The translations under genes were made by a program, and so were the position numbers. Shown here piece by piece: positions 7,995-17,320 of a stretch of DNA of 22,144 bases; the first letter of the stretch is position 1; every line of letters starts with the position of its first letter. The DNA comes from an uncultured bacterium (GTDB taxonomy: Bacteria; Hydrogenedentota; Hydrogenedentia; Hydrogenedentales; JAEUWI01), in NCBI GenBank assembly GCA_963977445.1, contig CAXBPH010000101.1:1-22144 (forward strand). The letters run 5' to 3'. The notes beneath the pieces were generated by a model, which saw only the letters and a list, made by a program, of their open reading frames with translations, ran no database searches and was not told the origin of the DNA.

Positions 7995-8078
7995 GGACTA
8001 TGGCACGCCCCGCCCGACGGTGGCCGCCCTTACCACGCTATGAACGGGCCCCTTGCGGGTAGACGAGGTTAGCAGGCT

Positions 8079-9113
8079 ATGCATGTCAACGAACTGCTGG
8101 AACAAATAGGGAACAAGCCACTCCCCGTCGTCTTGTTGTTTGCCCCGGGAAAAGCCCCCTACCAAAAAGAAGCCTGGGAGCCCCAATTGGCCGAACGGGC
8201 CGTCGCACGCATCATAGAAACCCACGTCGACCCCTCCATGCGCGATATGGCCTTGGGGGTGTTTCATGCCGACGAAGCCAAGGTCGGTGATATCGTCCTC
8301 GAAGCCCAGACCCTCCCCTTTCTGGTGGAACGCCGGGTTATCGTGATTCGCAATGCGGATAAGTACGACGCCATGTCGGGCGAAAAGAATTCCGCCCTCT
8401 ATCCCCTCATTAGCTACCTGGCCGACCCCTCCGAATCCACCCTGCTCATCCTCATCGCCTCCAAGATGGACAAGCGTAAGAAGCTCTACAAGGCGTGCCA
8501 GAAAGCCGGGGCTATCGTAGAATGCCCCCAACTGGACGATGGCGCCCTCGGCAGCTGGATTCGCAAGGAAATTCGCGACAAAGAAAAAGATATTGACGGC
8601 AATGCCGTAAACGAACTCATTCATCGTGGGGGCAGCCGCCTGGGCGATATCAACAACGCCATCAATCTGGTGGTGAGCTATGTGGGCGACGCGCCCCGGG
8701 TCACCCAGGCCGATGTGGTGGCCGCCTGTGCCGACGTGGCGGAAGAAACCGTCTGGGCATTGACCGACGCCATTGCGGCATCGGATCCCGGCAAAGCACT
8801 GAGCACCTTGTTTCAACTCAACGATCTGGGGAAAAGCCCCGACGAAATCATGGGCCTCATCAATTGGCTGCTGGACAGCGCCTATCGGGCCATGCCGGAA
8901 ACGGAAGCATCACTGAAAAGCTCGTTTGTGGCGAAGAAAGTCTTGCCGCTGGCGCAGAAACTGGGCGTGGCGAAACTGAAGCGCGCCTTTGCCATGTGCA
9001 CCGAAACCCACCTCATGCTCCGTAGCACCGGTGTGGATCAGATGCTGGCCCTTGAGCTACTCGTCATCAAACTGTCGGCACCACGACATCGTCCAACACG
9101 GGCGCGGGCCTGA
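8079..9113 (+). CDS. holA: DNA polymerase III subunit delta
   Basis: EAQTLPFLVERRVIVIRNAD, DKRKKLYK, VWALTDAI and the C-terminal LRSTG...LELLVIKL. Conserved lptE-holA order. Confidence 0.9.
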   Translation: MHVNELLEQIGNKPLPVVLLFAPGKAPYQKEAWEPQLAERAVARIIETHVDPSMRDMALGVFHADEAKVGDIVLEAQTLPFLVERRVIVIRNADKYDAMSGEKNSALYPLISYLADPSESTLLILIASKMDKRKKLYKACQKAGAIVECPQLDDGALGSWIRKEIRDKEKDIDGNAVNELIHRGGSRLGDINNAINLVVSYVGDAPRVTQADVVAACADVAEETVWALTDAIAASDPGKALSTLFQLNDLGKSPDEIMGLINWLLDSAYRAMPETEASLKSSFVAKKVLPLAQKLGVAKLKRAFAMCTETHLMLRSTGVDQMLALELLVIKLSAPRHRPTRARA

Positions 9114-9138
9114 AGGCGTCACCGGGAGGAATTGGGCA

Positions 9139-10221
9139 ATGCAGGACAAGCAATTTGAGTGCGGCCAGTGCGGAGCCTCCCTGGAATTTGCACCGGGTAG
9201 CGACGCCCTCACCTGTCCGTATTGCGGCCATGAAAACGTTATTGATCGGGTCGTCGAGCAGATCGAGGAACTGGACTACCATCGCGTCCTCGCCGAAGCC
9301 ATGGCCGGCGAAGAGCTGGAAGAGCGCTACGAAGTAAAATGTGGCTCCTGCGGAGCCTCCGCCACCCTCGATCCCAATGTGAGCGCCGATGAGTGCCCCT
9401 TTTGCGGCACGCCCGTCGTAAAAACCGGCACCACCACCCGCCAGCTCAAGCCCAAGGCCCTCTTGCCCTTCAAGATACGCAGCGAAGAAGCCCGTATCGC
9501 CTTCCATGACTGGATCCAGGGCCTCTGGTTTGCCCCCAATGCCCTCAAAAAACGGGGCAAGCAATCGGAGCGCCTCCAGGGCGTTTATATGCCCTATTGG
9601 ACCTATGACTGCGGCACCGTCAGCGCCTACACCGGGAGCCGGGGCGAATATTATTGGGACACGGTAACCCGCACGGTCACGGTAAACGGCAAGACCGAAC
9701 GGCGCACGGAGCAAGTCCGAAAAACACGGTGGTATCCCGCCCGTGGTCGGGTGAGCAATACCTTTGATGATGTCCTCGTCCTGGCCAGCGAATCGCTACC
9801 CAAAAAAGAGACGGATGCCCTCGAGCCCTGGGACCTCGGCAACCTGGAACCCTACCAGGATGAATATCTCAGTGGCTTCAAGGCCGAGAGCTATCGCGTC
9901 AATCTGGAAACGGGTTTTGGACAGGCCAAATACAAAATGGACCCCGTCATTCGCCAGACCATCCGGCGGGATATTGGCGGCGACGAGCAGCGCATCAGCC
10001 AGGTCGCTACCGACTACCACAACATCACCTTTAAGCACGTGCTCCTGCCCATCTGGATCAGTGCCTACCGATACCACAAAAAAATCTACCGCTTCCTCGT
10101 GAATGGACGCACCGGCGAAGTTCAGGGCGAACGCCCCTGGAGCTGGGTCAAGATTACCTTCGCCGTCCTCGCGGGTGCCCTGGTAGTAGGGGCTATCGTC
10201 TACGCCACCCAGGGCCAATAG
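9139..10221 (+). CDS. Double zinc-ribbon protein with C-terminal TM helix (often mis-annotated as 'primosomal protein N'-like')
   Basis: Cys motifs CGQC/CPYC and CGSC/CPFC, GVYMPYWTYD, LEPWDL, LLPIWISAY, VNGRTGEVQGERP, and a hydrophobic C-terminus. GGGAGG RBS before ATG 9139. Confidence 0.85.
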   Translation: MQDKQFECGQCGASLEFAPGSDALTCPYCGHENVIDRVVEQIEELDYHRVLAEAMAGEELEERYEVKCGSCGASATLDPNVSADECPFCGTPVVKTGTTTRQLKPKALLPFKIRSEEARIAFHDWIQGLWFAPNALKKRGKQSERLQGVYMPYWTYDCGTVSAYTGSRGEYYWDTVTRTVTVNGKTERRTEQVRKTRWYPARGRVSNTFDDVLVLASESLPKKETDALEPWDLGNLEPYQDEYLSGFKAESYRVNLETGFGQAKYKMDPVIRQTIRRDIGGDEQRISQVATDYHNITFKHVLLPIWISAYRYHKKIYRFLVNGRTGEVQGERPWSWVKITFAVLAGALVVGAIVYATQGQ

Positions 10222-10310
10222 GAACTGGCGCGCAACGTCTCGCAGGCCACGTCAGCAGGGCGCACCGCCATTCCATTCACGGGGTGCGCGCACTCGACCT
10301 CATCGTTTTC

Positions 10311-10339
10311 TTGCATTATTCTCGGTAGGTCACTACAAT
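10311..10339 (+). promoter_or_regulatory. sigma70-type promoter for ilvC
   Basis: TTGCAT-17 nt-TACAAT. Confidence 0.6.
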
Positions 10340-10489
10340 ATGCGGGTTGTGCGCATTTTCTTTGTACGCTTGCAGGCCACCCATGGGGGGTAGCCTCTCA
10401 ATCCAAACACGGCCCGACGCCAATGTCCCAACACGTTTTCTATCGCTGTTGGAGGCGGGCCAAAATATGACTTTAATTGGAGAATCAAC

Positions 10490-11587
10490 ATGCTAATCGA
10501 TTTTGGCGGCGTGGAAGAAAACGTCGTTACGCGGAAAGAATTCCCGATTGCCAAGGCGAAAAAAGTCTTGAAGAACGAAACCATCGCCGTGATCGGTTAT
10601 GGCGTGCAGGGCCCGGCCCAGGCGCTTAACATGCGCGATAACGGATTCAATGTTATCGTTGGCCTTCGCGAAGGTTCCAAAGAAAGCTGGAAGCGCGCCC
10701 AGAAAGACGGCTGGAAAAAAGGCGTCGACCTTTTTACCACCGAAGAAGCCCTGGAACGTGCGACCGTCATCCAGTACCTCGTTTCCGACGCCGCCCAGAA
10801 ATCCTACTGGCCTACGCTGAAGAAATACCTCAAGGCTGGCGACGCCCTCTATTTCTCCCACGGCTTTTCGGTGACCTATAAAGAGCACACCAAAGTTATT
10901 CCCCCGGAAGATGTTGACGTAATCATGGTTGCCCCCAAAGGTTCCGGTACGTCCGTGCGCCGCAACTATCTCGCCGGTGTGGGCATCAACTCCAGCTACG
11001 CCGTATTCCAGGATGCCACGGGCAACGCAACCGATCGCTGTATTGCACTCGGTATCGCTCTCGGCTCGGGCTACCTCTTTCACACCACCTTCGAAAACGA
11101 AGTGTACAGTGATCTCACCGGCGAACGCGGTATCCTCATGGGTGCCCTTTCCGGCGTGATGGAAGCCCAGTATGAAGTGCTCCGTAAGAACGGCCACAGC
11201 CCTGCAGAAGCCTTCAATGAAACCGTTGAAGAGCTCACCCAGAGCCTGATTCGTCTCGTTGACGAAAATGGCATGGACTGGATGTTCGCCAACTGTTCCG
11301 CCACCGCCCAGCGCGGTGCCCTCGACTGGGCGCCCAAGTTCAAGAAAGCCACCCTCCCGGTTTTCAAAGATCTCTACAAGCGCGTGCGTAACGGTGAAGA
11401 GTGCAAACGCGTACTCCGCTCCACCGGCGGCAAAGACTACAAAGAGAAGCTCGACAAAGAGCTCGCCGCACTGCGCGATAGTGAAATGTGGCGTGCCGGT
11501 GCAGCCTCTCGTTCACTTCGCCCCAATGTGCCCGAAGCCAAGCGCATCAAGTCCACCAAGGGCGTCTCAGGCCGCGGTAAAAACTAG
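10490..11587 (+). CDS. ilvC: Ketol-acid reductoisomerase
   Basis: IAVIGYGVQGPAQALNMRDNG, FSHGF, MVAPKGSG, SDLTGERGILMG and CSATAQRGALDW. Confidence 0.96.
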   Translation: MLIDFGGVEENVVTRKEFPIAKAKKVLKNETIAVIGYGVQGPAQALNMRDNGFNVIVGLREGSKESWKRAQKDGWKKGVDLFTTEEALERATVIQYLVSDAAQKSYWPTLKKYLKAGDALYFSHGFSVTYKEHTKVIPPEDVDVIMVAPKGSGTSVRRNYLAGVGINSSYAVFQDATGNATDRCIALGIALGSGYLFHTTFENEVYSDLTGERGILMGALSGVMEAQYEVLRKNGHSPAEAFNETVEELTQSLIRLVDENGMDWMFANCSATAQRGALDWAPKFKKATLPVFKDLYKRVRNGEECKRVLRSTGGKDYKEKLDKELAALRDSEMWRAGAASRSLRPNVPEAKRIKSTKGVSGRGKN

Positions 11588-11600
11588 AAGAAGTAACTAC

Positions 11601-11642
11601 GCTGGGCCGGGCGAATTCCTATTTGCCCGGCCCAGCTTTTTT
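11601..11642 (+). terminator. Rho-independent terminator of ilvC
   Basis: GCTGGGCCGGGCGAAT-tcct-ATTTGCCCGGCCCAGC followed by TTTTTT. Confidence 0.9.
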
Positions 11643-11871
11643 TGCTTTAATATATTTAGATGTGCGATGCTCCATAGCGAGGGTCAGGGCTATACCACGG
11701 AGGTTTTAATGGTCACCAACGGGATGACACGACAACATTGTTACCTCCTTCATCGATTGACTTTGTGGTGTATACTGGCTGAAATCGTCGCGAAGCATAC
11801 CGACGCTTCTACACAGGTATACAGCACCTGGGAGCGCGGCGCGATACACGCCGCACGAAGGGAGATGCCCG

Positions 11872-12783
11872 TTGAATGACCTGATTCCAGGTGCCGTGGC
11901 CGGCCCGCCCGATGGTAGAAACTTTGAAGCATCGTGGTATGGCGATTATCTCCAGGCCCATCTCCTCAGCGATGTGGGATTAAAGCGGCAGAAGAATGAA
12001 GATTCCTGCCTCATGTGCGCCCCGAAAAACCCCGTGCTCATTGATGAGCGTGGCCTGTTTTTTGCCGTGGCCGATGGCATGGGTGGCGCCAGCGCCGGAG
12101 AATTCGCCAGCCGCATGTCCCTCCGTGCCATGCACACGGCCTATTACACCGGCCCCAGACACTCCATCCCCCTTGCCCTGGAAGAATCCCTCGAAGATGC
12201 CAATCAGCGCGTCTTTGAAGAAGCAGAGATTAACCCCGATTATGCCGGCATGGGCACCACCGTTTCGGTCGTCCTCATCGATGGCGGTTGGGCCTATATC
12301 GCCCAGGTCGGTGACAGCCGCGTCTATCTCCTCCGGGAGCGCTCCGGCATCCACCAGATCACCGAAGACCACTCCCTTGTTGCGGAGCAGGTGCGTATGG
12401 GCGTCCTCAGTGAAGAAGAAGCGGAAAACAGCTCCTTCAAGAACCTGATTACCCGCGCCGTCGGCATCAAGGCGGAAGTCGAAGTCGACCTCTTCGCCGT
12501 TCGTATTGTCCCCGGCGACACCATCCTAATCTGCTCGGATGGCCTCAGCAACATGGTCAATGATGAAGGCATCGCGACCTGCCTCTCCGATGGCGACTTA
12601 AAACTCGGCACCCGGAAAGTCGTGGATATGGCCCTGGCCAATGGGGGCTCAGATAATGTCACGGCCCTCACGATTCGTGTGATTGATCAGCCACCCCGCG
12701 CGCCCCTGCAATCCGGTGCCCGCGAAGTCAACGTGCCCAAGGGCGGCCTCTGGGGTCGCTTCCTGTCCCTCTTCGGCTTTTAA
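11872..12783 (+). CDS. PP2C/PPM family Ser/Thr protein phosphatase (Stp1/PrpC-like)
   Basis: SDVGLKRQKNED, VADGMGG, GMGTT, QVGDSRVY, DHSLV, NLITRAVG, CSDGL and GGSDNVT. The TTG start is uncertain. Confidence 0.92.
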   Translation: MNDLIPGAVAGPPDGRNFEASWYGDYLQAHLLSDVGLKRQKNEDSCLMCAPKNPVLIDERGLFFAVADGMGGASAGEFASRMSLRAMHTAYYTGPRHSIPLALEESLEDANQRVFEEAEINPDYAGMGTTVSVVLIDGGWAYIAQVGDSRVYLLRERSGIHQITEDHSLVAEQVRMGVLSEEEAENSSFKNLITRAVGIKAEVEVDLFAVRIVPGDTILICSDGLSNMVNDEGIATCLSDGDLKLGTRKVVDMALANGGSDNVTALTIRVIDQPPRAPLQSGAREVNVPKGGLWGRFLSLFGF

Positions 12784-12818
12784 GCCACCTGCCACCAATA
12801 ACGAAGAAAAGGCTGGGC

Positions 12819-13187
12819 CTAACGGCTCCGTTTCCGTGGCCCCCGTGACCGTGCCCCCTTCTTTTTGCTTTTGGACGAGTTGTGGCGGCCTTCCTCACGC
12901 ACCTCGTGTTGATCGCTCCTAGCCAGACGGGGCGAGGGCGGAACAAATCGGGCCCGTTTATCTTCCAATGAATTGATACTGCGACATTGGGGACACTCCG
13001 AGTGCTTCATCGCGTCGGCGTCAAGGTAGGTATAGGAGCAATAGACACAACGCCACAGGTATTGCTTTTCCAACACCAGGTAGGCCCGTCGGGTCGTAAT
13101 TTCGGTATAGACCCATATCCCCAGGGCACCGGTAAGCACGATGGCGCTGTAGACGATGAGTGCGGCGGACAACGATATCTGGATCAT
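12819..13187 (-). CDS. Small hypothetical membrane protein with CxxC...CxxC zinc ribbon and basic tail
   Basis: N-terminal hydrophobic helix, CVYC and CPQC, and a K/R-rich C-terminus. ATGA overlap with the upstream gene. Confidence 0.75.
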   Translation of the reverse strand: MIQISLSAALIVYSAIVLTGALGIWVYTEITTRRAYLVLEKQYLWRCVYCSYTYLDADAMKHSECPQCRSINSLEDKRARFVPPSPRLARSDQHEVREEGRHNSSKSKKKGARSRGPRKRSR

Positions 13188-14056
13188 GGGGTCACCCCAC
13201 TATCTTCCCGCTGAATCCGAAGGGTGGCCGTCTGATTCTTTCCGTCATCCACTTCGAGGGGCTCGAAACGATACTGGAGCGCGGTCATCTGAATGGCGTC
13301 GACCAGTTCACGTTCATCCACCGTGGGGCTGAAAACATTCACCACCCGACCCAGCGCATTCACCTGAATTATCAATTCCACCGGCCGCTGCAGCAAAGCC
13401 GGATCGCTCCCCCAGAGGGCCTCGATAGGCGGCGAAAAAAGCAACTGGCGATCACGGGGTGCCGACGACCAGACCAACTGTGCCTCGAATCCTTCCGCCG
13501 GACGGTGGACAATAGGCTTCGGCGGCCTGTGCTCCCCCTCCAGAACGGATGACAGATGGTCATCGTCGTAGTCGTCTCCACCGGAAAGGCGCAACTTCGA
13601 CAAGGACCGCGTCATACCCGTCAGGCCCCGGCTGAAGCGCCCCCAACTGTCACTCGGCTCGTCCTTGAAGATATCTTCATACCGCGAAAGGGACTGGACC
13701 CCCGCCTGGCGCACCCGAAGGCGTGCAAGCTCGGCAAATTCGAGGGTGGGCAGCTCCAGGGCGGGCAGGGCTCCACGGAGCGCCAGCTTCTCGCCGCCCG
13801 CCAAATCGGGCAACCCTTCTGCCGCCCCCGCAGCGACGGTCGACGCAGGGTCCGCCGCGCTGAGTGGCACGATCTCGAAGTCATAGAAGACCGTATCTTC
13901 CCGGGGGAAATAAATGACAATGCTGAACACCGTCACCATGGAAAGATGGAACAGGCCTGAAGCCAACAACGCCCAATAAAAACTGCGCTGTTCTTCCCGT
14001 TTACGAAAGCGGTTGTACCAGATTCCCGTGGGCGTCGGTGCTCCCATAGGCGTCAC
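13184..14056 (-). CDS. TonB/TolA-like energy transducer
   Basis: Single TM helix with SxxxH (ASGLFHLS) and a TonB_C-like C-terminus (VELIIQVNALGRVVNV...DAIQMTALQYRFEP). GTGA overlap with exbD. Confidence 0.68.
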   Translation of the reverse strand: MTPMGAPTPTGIWYNRFRKREEQRSFYWALLASGLFHLSMVTVFSIVIYFPREDTVFYDFEIVPLSAADPASTVAAGAAEGLPDLAGGEKLALRGALPALELPTLEFAELARLRVRQAGVQSLSRYEDIFKDEPSDSWGRFSRGLTGMTRSLSKLRLSGGDDYDDDHLSSVLEGEHRPPKPIVHRPAEGFEAQLVWSSAPRDRQLLFSPPIEALWGSDPALLQRPVELIIQVNALGRVVNVFSPTVDERELVDAIQMTALQYRFEPLEVDDGKNQTATLRIQREDSGVTP

Positions 14057-14490
14057 TGCTCTGCGGGCGGTTGGGCGGCGAATCCATAATGTTGAATACC
14101 CGCCGAGCTGGCAAAGCCCAGCACCTTGACCAATCGGCCATAGTCCACATGGGTATCAGGACGAAGCAGGACCACCGCATCGGGCTTTTTCTCACTGAAT
14201 TCCGCCAGCGTGCTCGCAAGTTCATCCCAGGATCCGATCGAGACCTCGTCGACGTAGATTTCGCCACCATCGTCGGGGCCACCCACGCCGGGCTTCAGGG
14301 AGATGACCAGTTCTTTGTGCTCCATCGTGTTGGTGCCTTCACTCTCGGGAATTTCCACGGGAATAGAGGTCTGCACAACAAACGTCGAGGAAAGCATGAA
14401 GAAAATGAGCAACTGAAAGACCACGTCAATCAACGGGGTCATTTCCACGTTGGCGACGATTCTGCGCTTGTTATTGCGTTTGAATTTCAT
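14053..14490 (-). CDS. exbD: Biopolymer transport protein ExbD/TolR
   Basis: EMTPLIDVVFQLLIFFML and VLLRPDTHVDYGRLVKVL...AG. Confidence 0.92.
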   Translation of the reverse strand: MKFKRNNKRRIVANVEMTPLIDVVFQLLIFFMLSSTFVVQTSIPVEIPESEGTNTMEHKELVISLKPGVGGPDDGGEIYVDEVSIGSWDELASTLAEFSEKKPDAVVLLRPDTHVDYGRLVKVLGFASSAGIQHYGFAAQPPAEQ

Positions 14491-14494
14491 GGTC

Positions 14495-15139
14495 CTAGAT
14501 CTCGCGTTCGCCCTGGTTGCGGGTAAGGAGTTCCACCAATTCGGCTGAACTGATTTCCATTTCCACCACCATATTATCCACCCGCGTCACCAACCAGTTA
14601 TACACCACCAGAATCGGAATCGCCACTGCCAGACCGGCCGCCGTGGTCACGAGGGCGTTGCCGATACCCTCGGCCAAATCGGAAGGGTTCACCTGACCGC
14701 GCTTATTCTGAATCTGCGCGAAGGCCTTGATCATACCGGATACCGTACCCAGCAGCCCGAGGAGGGGCGCAATGTTGGCGCAAGTAGCCAGCGCCGAAAG
14801 GTGGCGCTCCAGATGGGGCATTTCGAGATTGCCCGCATCTTCGATGGCTTCACGAATTTCTTCTTTACTGCGGTTATGCTTGAGGATACCCGCCTTCATA
14901 ATGCGGGCCACGGGCGCATCGGTCTCGTCGCAGATATTGATGGCTTCCTGAATTCGATTCTGGCGCAGGATCTGGCGCATGGTATCCATGAACTCGCGCG
15001 TATCGATGGTGGCACGACGCAAGAACCGAAAGCGATCCCAGATAATGGCCAGGGCAACGCAGGAACAAAACATGATGGGCCACATCAAGATGCCACCCTG
15101 CGAAATAATCTCAAATGACAAGAACGGTGAATCAGGCAC
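14495..15139 (-). CDS. exbB: MotA/TolQ/ExbB proton channel protein
   Basis: GGILMWPI, APLLGLLGTVSGMI and LAEGIGNALVTTAAGLAVAIP. GTG 15139 is preceded by AGGAG (the ORF track start is 15184). Confidence 0.9.
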   Translation of the reverse strand: MPDSPFLSFEIISQGGILMWPIMFCSCVALAIIWDRFRFLRRATIDTREFMDTMRQILRQNRIQEAINICDETDAPVARIMKAGILKHNRSKEEIREAIEDAGNLEMPHLERHLSALATCANIAPLLGLLGTVSGMIKAFAQIQNKRGQVNPSDLAEGIGNALVTTAAGLAVAIPILVVYNWLVTRVDNMVVEMEISSAELVELLTRNQGEREI

Positions 15140-15189
15140 GCCTGCTACTCCTATGAACTGGATTGAAGACCGCTCACGCGGCACGCGGG

Positions 15190-16056
15190 TTAATGACTTA
15201 CAAGGGTCCCAAGACCCTGGCGGGTAAATATTTCAAGCAAAAGACTGTGGGATACGCGACCGTCAATAATATGCGTCTTCCGCACCCCGGCGGTCAATGC
15301 ATTGATACAGGCTTCTACTTTGGGAATCATGCCCCCCGCAATGACACCGGAGGCCGTCAGTGACGCCACTTCATCCGTCCGCAACTGGTGAATCAATGAG
15401 CTCGGGTCTTTGACGTCCCGCAACAGGCCGGGGGTATCGGTCAGGAAAACCAGCTTTTCGGCGCGCAGCGCCCCCGCCACTTCACCGGCAGCCGTATCGG
15501 CATTAATATTCCACGTGCCGCCCTCGGCGTCGGTCGCAACGGGTGCGATCACCGGCACCAGCCCCGCCGAGGTCAGGGTCTGGATAATTTTCGTATTGAC
15601 CTGGGTAATCTCTCCCACGTGCCCGATATCGGAACCGTCGGCAGGCACCTTTTTCTGGGCGAAGAGCAGGTTGCTGTCCTTACCCGAAATACCCACCGCG
15701 TTACCGCCGGCCGTGTTGAGCAGACTGACGATGTCTTTGTTCACCGTGCCCGCCAACACCATCTCCACCACTTCGATGGTCGCATCGTCGGTAATGCGGA
15801 GTCCCTGGGGACTGAAGGTGGGTTGAATGTTCAACCGCTTCAAGGTGTCGTTAATCGCCGGGCCACCGCCGTGAACGATCACGGGGTTCATACCCACATA
15901 CTTCATCAACACCACATCGGTTGCGGTGCTACGTCGCAGGGCCGGGTCGAGCATGGCCGCGCCACCGTATTTGATAACCACGGTCTTGCCCTCGAATTCC
16001 CGGATGTAGGGCAGGGCTTCGATGAGTACGGCTGCTTTTTGAATGTATTCTTCCAT
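15190..16056 (-). CDS. argB: Acetylglutamate kinase
   Basis: LIEALPYI, VIKYGGAAM, VHGGGP, NINADTAA, GGMIPKV and HIIDGRVSHSLLLEIFT. Start set at MEEYIQKA. Confidence 0.96.
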   Translation of the reverse strand: MEEYIQKAAVLIEALPYIREFEGKTVVIKYGGAAMLDPALRRSTATDVVLMKYVGMNPVIVHGGGPAINDTLKRLNIQPTFSPQGLRITDDATIEVVEMVLAGTVNKDIVSLLNTAGGNAVGISGKDSNLLFAQKKVPADGSDIGHVGEITQVNTKIIQTLTSAGLVPVIAPVATDAEGGTWNINADTAAGEVAGALRAEKLVFLTDTPGLLRDVKDPSSLIHQLRTDEVASLTASGVIAGGMIPKVEACINALTAGVRKTHIIDGRVSHSLLLEIFTRQGLGTLVSH

Positions 16057-16111
16057 GCTTCTCGCTTTTTCCCCGACAGGCGGCACACGCTTCTTTCCGG
16101 AACAACCGGAA

Positions 16112-17320
16112 TCAGGTGCGGTAGTCGGCATTAATCGATACGTATTCGTGGCTCAGGTCAGAGGTCCAGAAGGTGGCCGATCCCGATCCTTCGCCCAGAC
16201 TCACATTAATAAACAGGTCCGTCTCGGCCATGATCTTCGCGGCGAGGGCTTCATCGAAGAGGGTCGGCAACCCCTCCAGCACCACCGCCAGGTCACCCAG
16301 AAAGATACTCAGGCACTCGGGATAGAATTCCACGCCGGAATAACCCGCCGCACAGGCGATCCGTCCCCAGTTTGCATCTTCGCCAAAAAAAGCGGTCTTG
16401 CACAACTGAGAATGGGCAATGCTGCGGGCCACGGTCTTGGCGTCGGCATCATTCGCGGCACCGGTGACGTTAATTTCCACAAACTTGGTCGCCCCTTCCC
16501 CATCCCGCACCACCACCTTCGCCAGGGCAACGCACAGCTGCTCCAGGGCCTCGCTAAAGCGCTCAAAATCGTCTGTGCCGGGTTCCAGCGCCGATTCCAT
16601 GGCTTGGCCATTGGCCAGACACAAAACGGCGTCTGAGGTGCTCATATCGTTGTCGATACACATGCAATTGAAGGAGCGTTCCACACATTGCAACAGCACG
16701 GTCCGCAAATCATCCGCTCCGATACGGGCATCGGTGGTAATCACGCCAATCATGGTGGCCATATTGGGCGCTATCATGCCCGAACCCTTGGCCATGGCAC
16801 CAATGCGGACGGGGCCCGTCGACAGGGTGATCTCCAGGGCCATTTCCTTGGGCACCGTGTCTGTCGTCATGATGGCCCGGGCTGAATCGCCATTTCCGCT
16901 GGCGGACAGGGCGGCCATGCAGCCGTCTGCCCCCTTTAGGATCCGGTCCATAGGCAGGGGCACGCCAATAACGCCGGTGCTCAACACCGCCACTTCCGTG
17001 GTGGGTATTTCCAGGCCGAGGCAAAGGTGCTCTGCCGTGGCCTGGGCATCACGGACGCCGATACTGCCGGTGCAGGCATTGGCGTTGCCACTGTTAATAA
17101 ATATGGCACGGCCCGCGCCACGAATACACACGCCCTGGGTCCATTGAATGGGCGGGGCCTTCATCACGTTGGTGGTAAAGGTGCCCGCAATAGTTGCTTC
17201 CGAATCACTTGCCACGAGGGCGCAATCCAGATTGCCGAGGCCCTTGCCCTTAATATCAGCAACCACGCCCGAAGCGCGATAGCCCTGGGGGGCGCAAACT
17301 CCACCGTCTATAATCTTCAT
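16112..17320 (-). CDS. argJ: Ornithine acetyltransferase / N-acetylglutamate synthase ArgJ
   Basis: NSGNANACTG, STGVIG, AIMTTD, KGSGMIAPNMATM, DGEGATK, DANWGRI and YVSINADYRT. Confidence 0.97.
   Translation of the reverse strand: MKIIDGGVCAPQGYRASGVVADIKGKGLGNLDCALVASDSEATIAGTFTTNVMKAPPIQWTQGVCIRGAGRAIFINSGNANACTGSIGVRDAQATAEHLCLGLEIPTTEVAVLSTGVIGVPLPMDRILKGADGCMAALSASGNGDSARAIMTTDTVPKEMALEITLSTGPVRIGAMAKGSGMIAPNMATMIGVITTDARIGADDLRTVLLQCVERSFNCMCIDNDMSTSDAVLCLANGQAMESALEPGTDDFERFSEALEQLCVALAKVVVRDGEGATKFVEINVTGAANDADAKTVARSIAHSQLCKTAFFGEDANWGRIACAAGYSGVEFYPECLSIFLGDLAVVLEGLPTLFDEALAAKIMAETDLFINVSLGEGSGSATFWTSDLSHEYVSINADYRT

Noticed and set aside
8989..9138. Extended ORF-track starts (8989, 6289, 16131, 15184, 20427)
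   Set aside because: They overlap upstream genes or lack an RBS. Downstream starts fit the RBS and family N-termini better.
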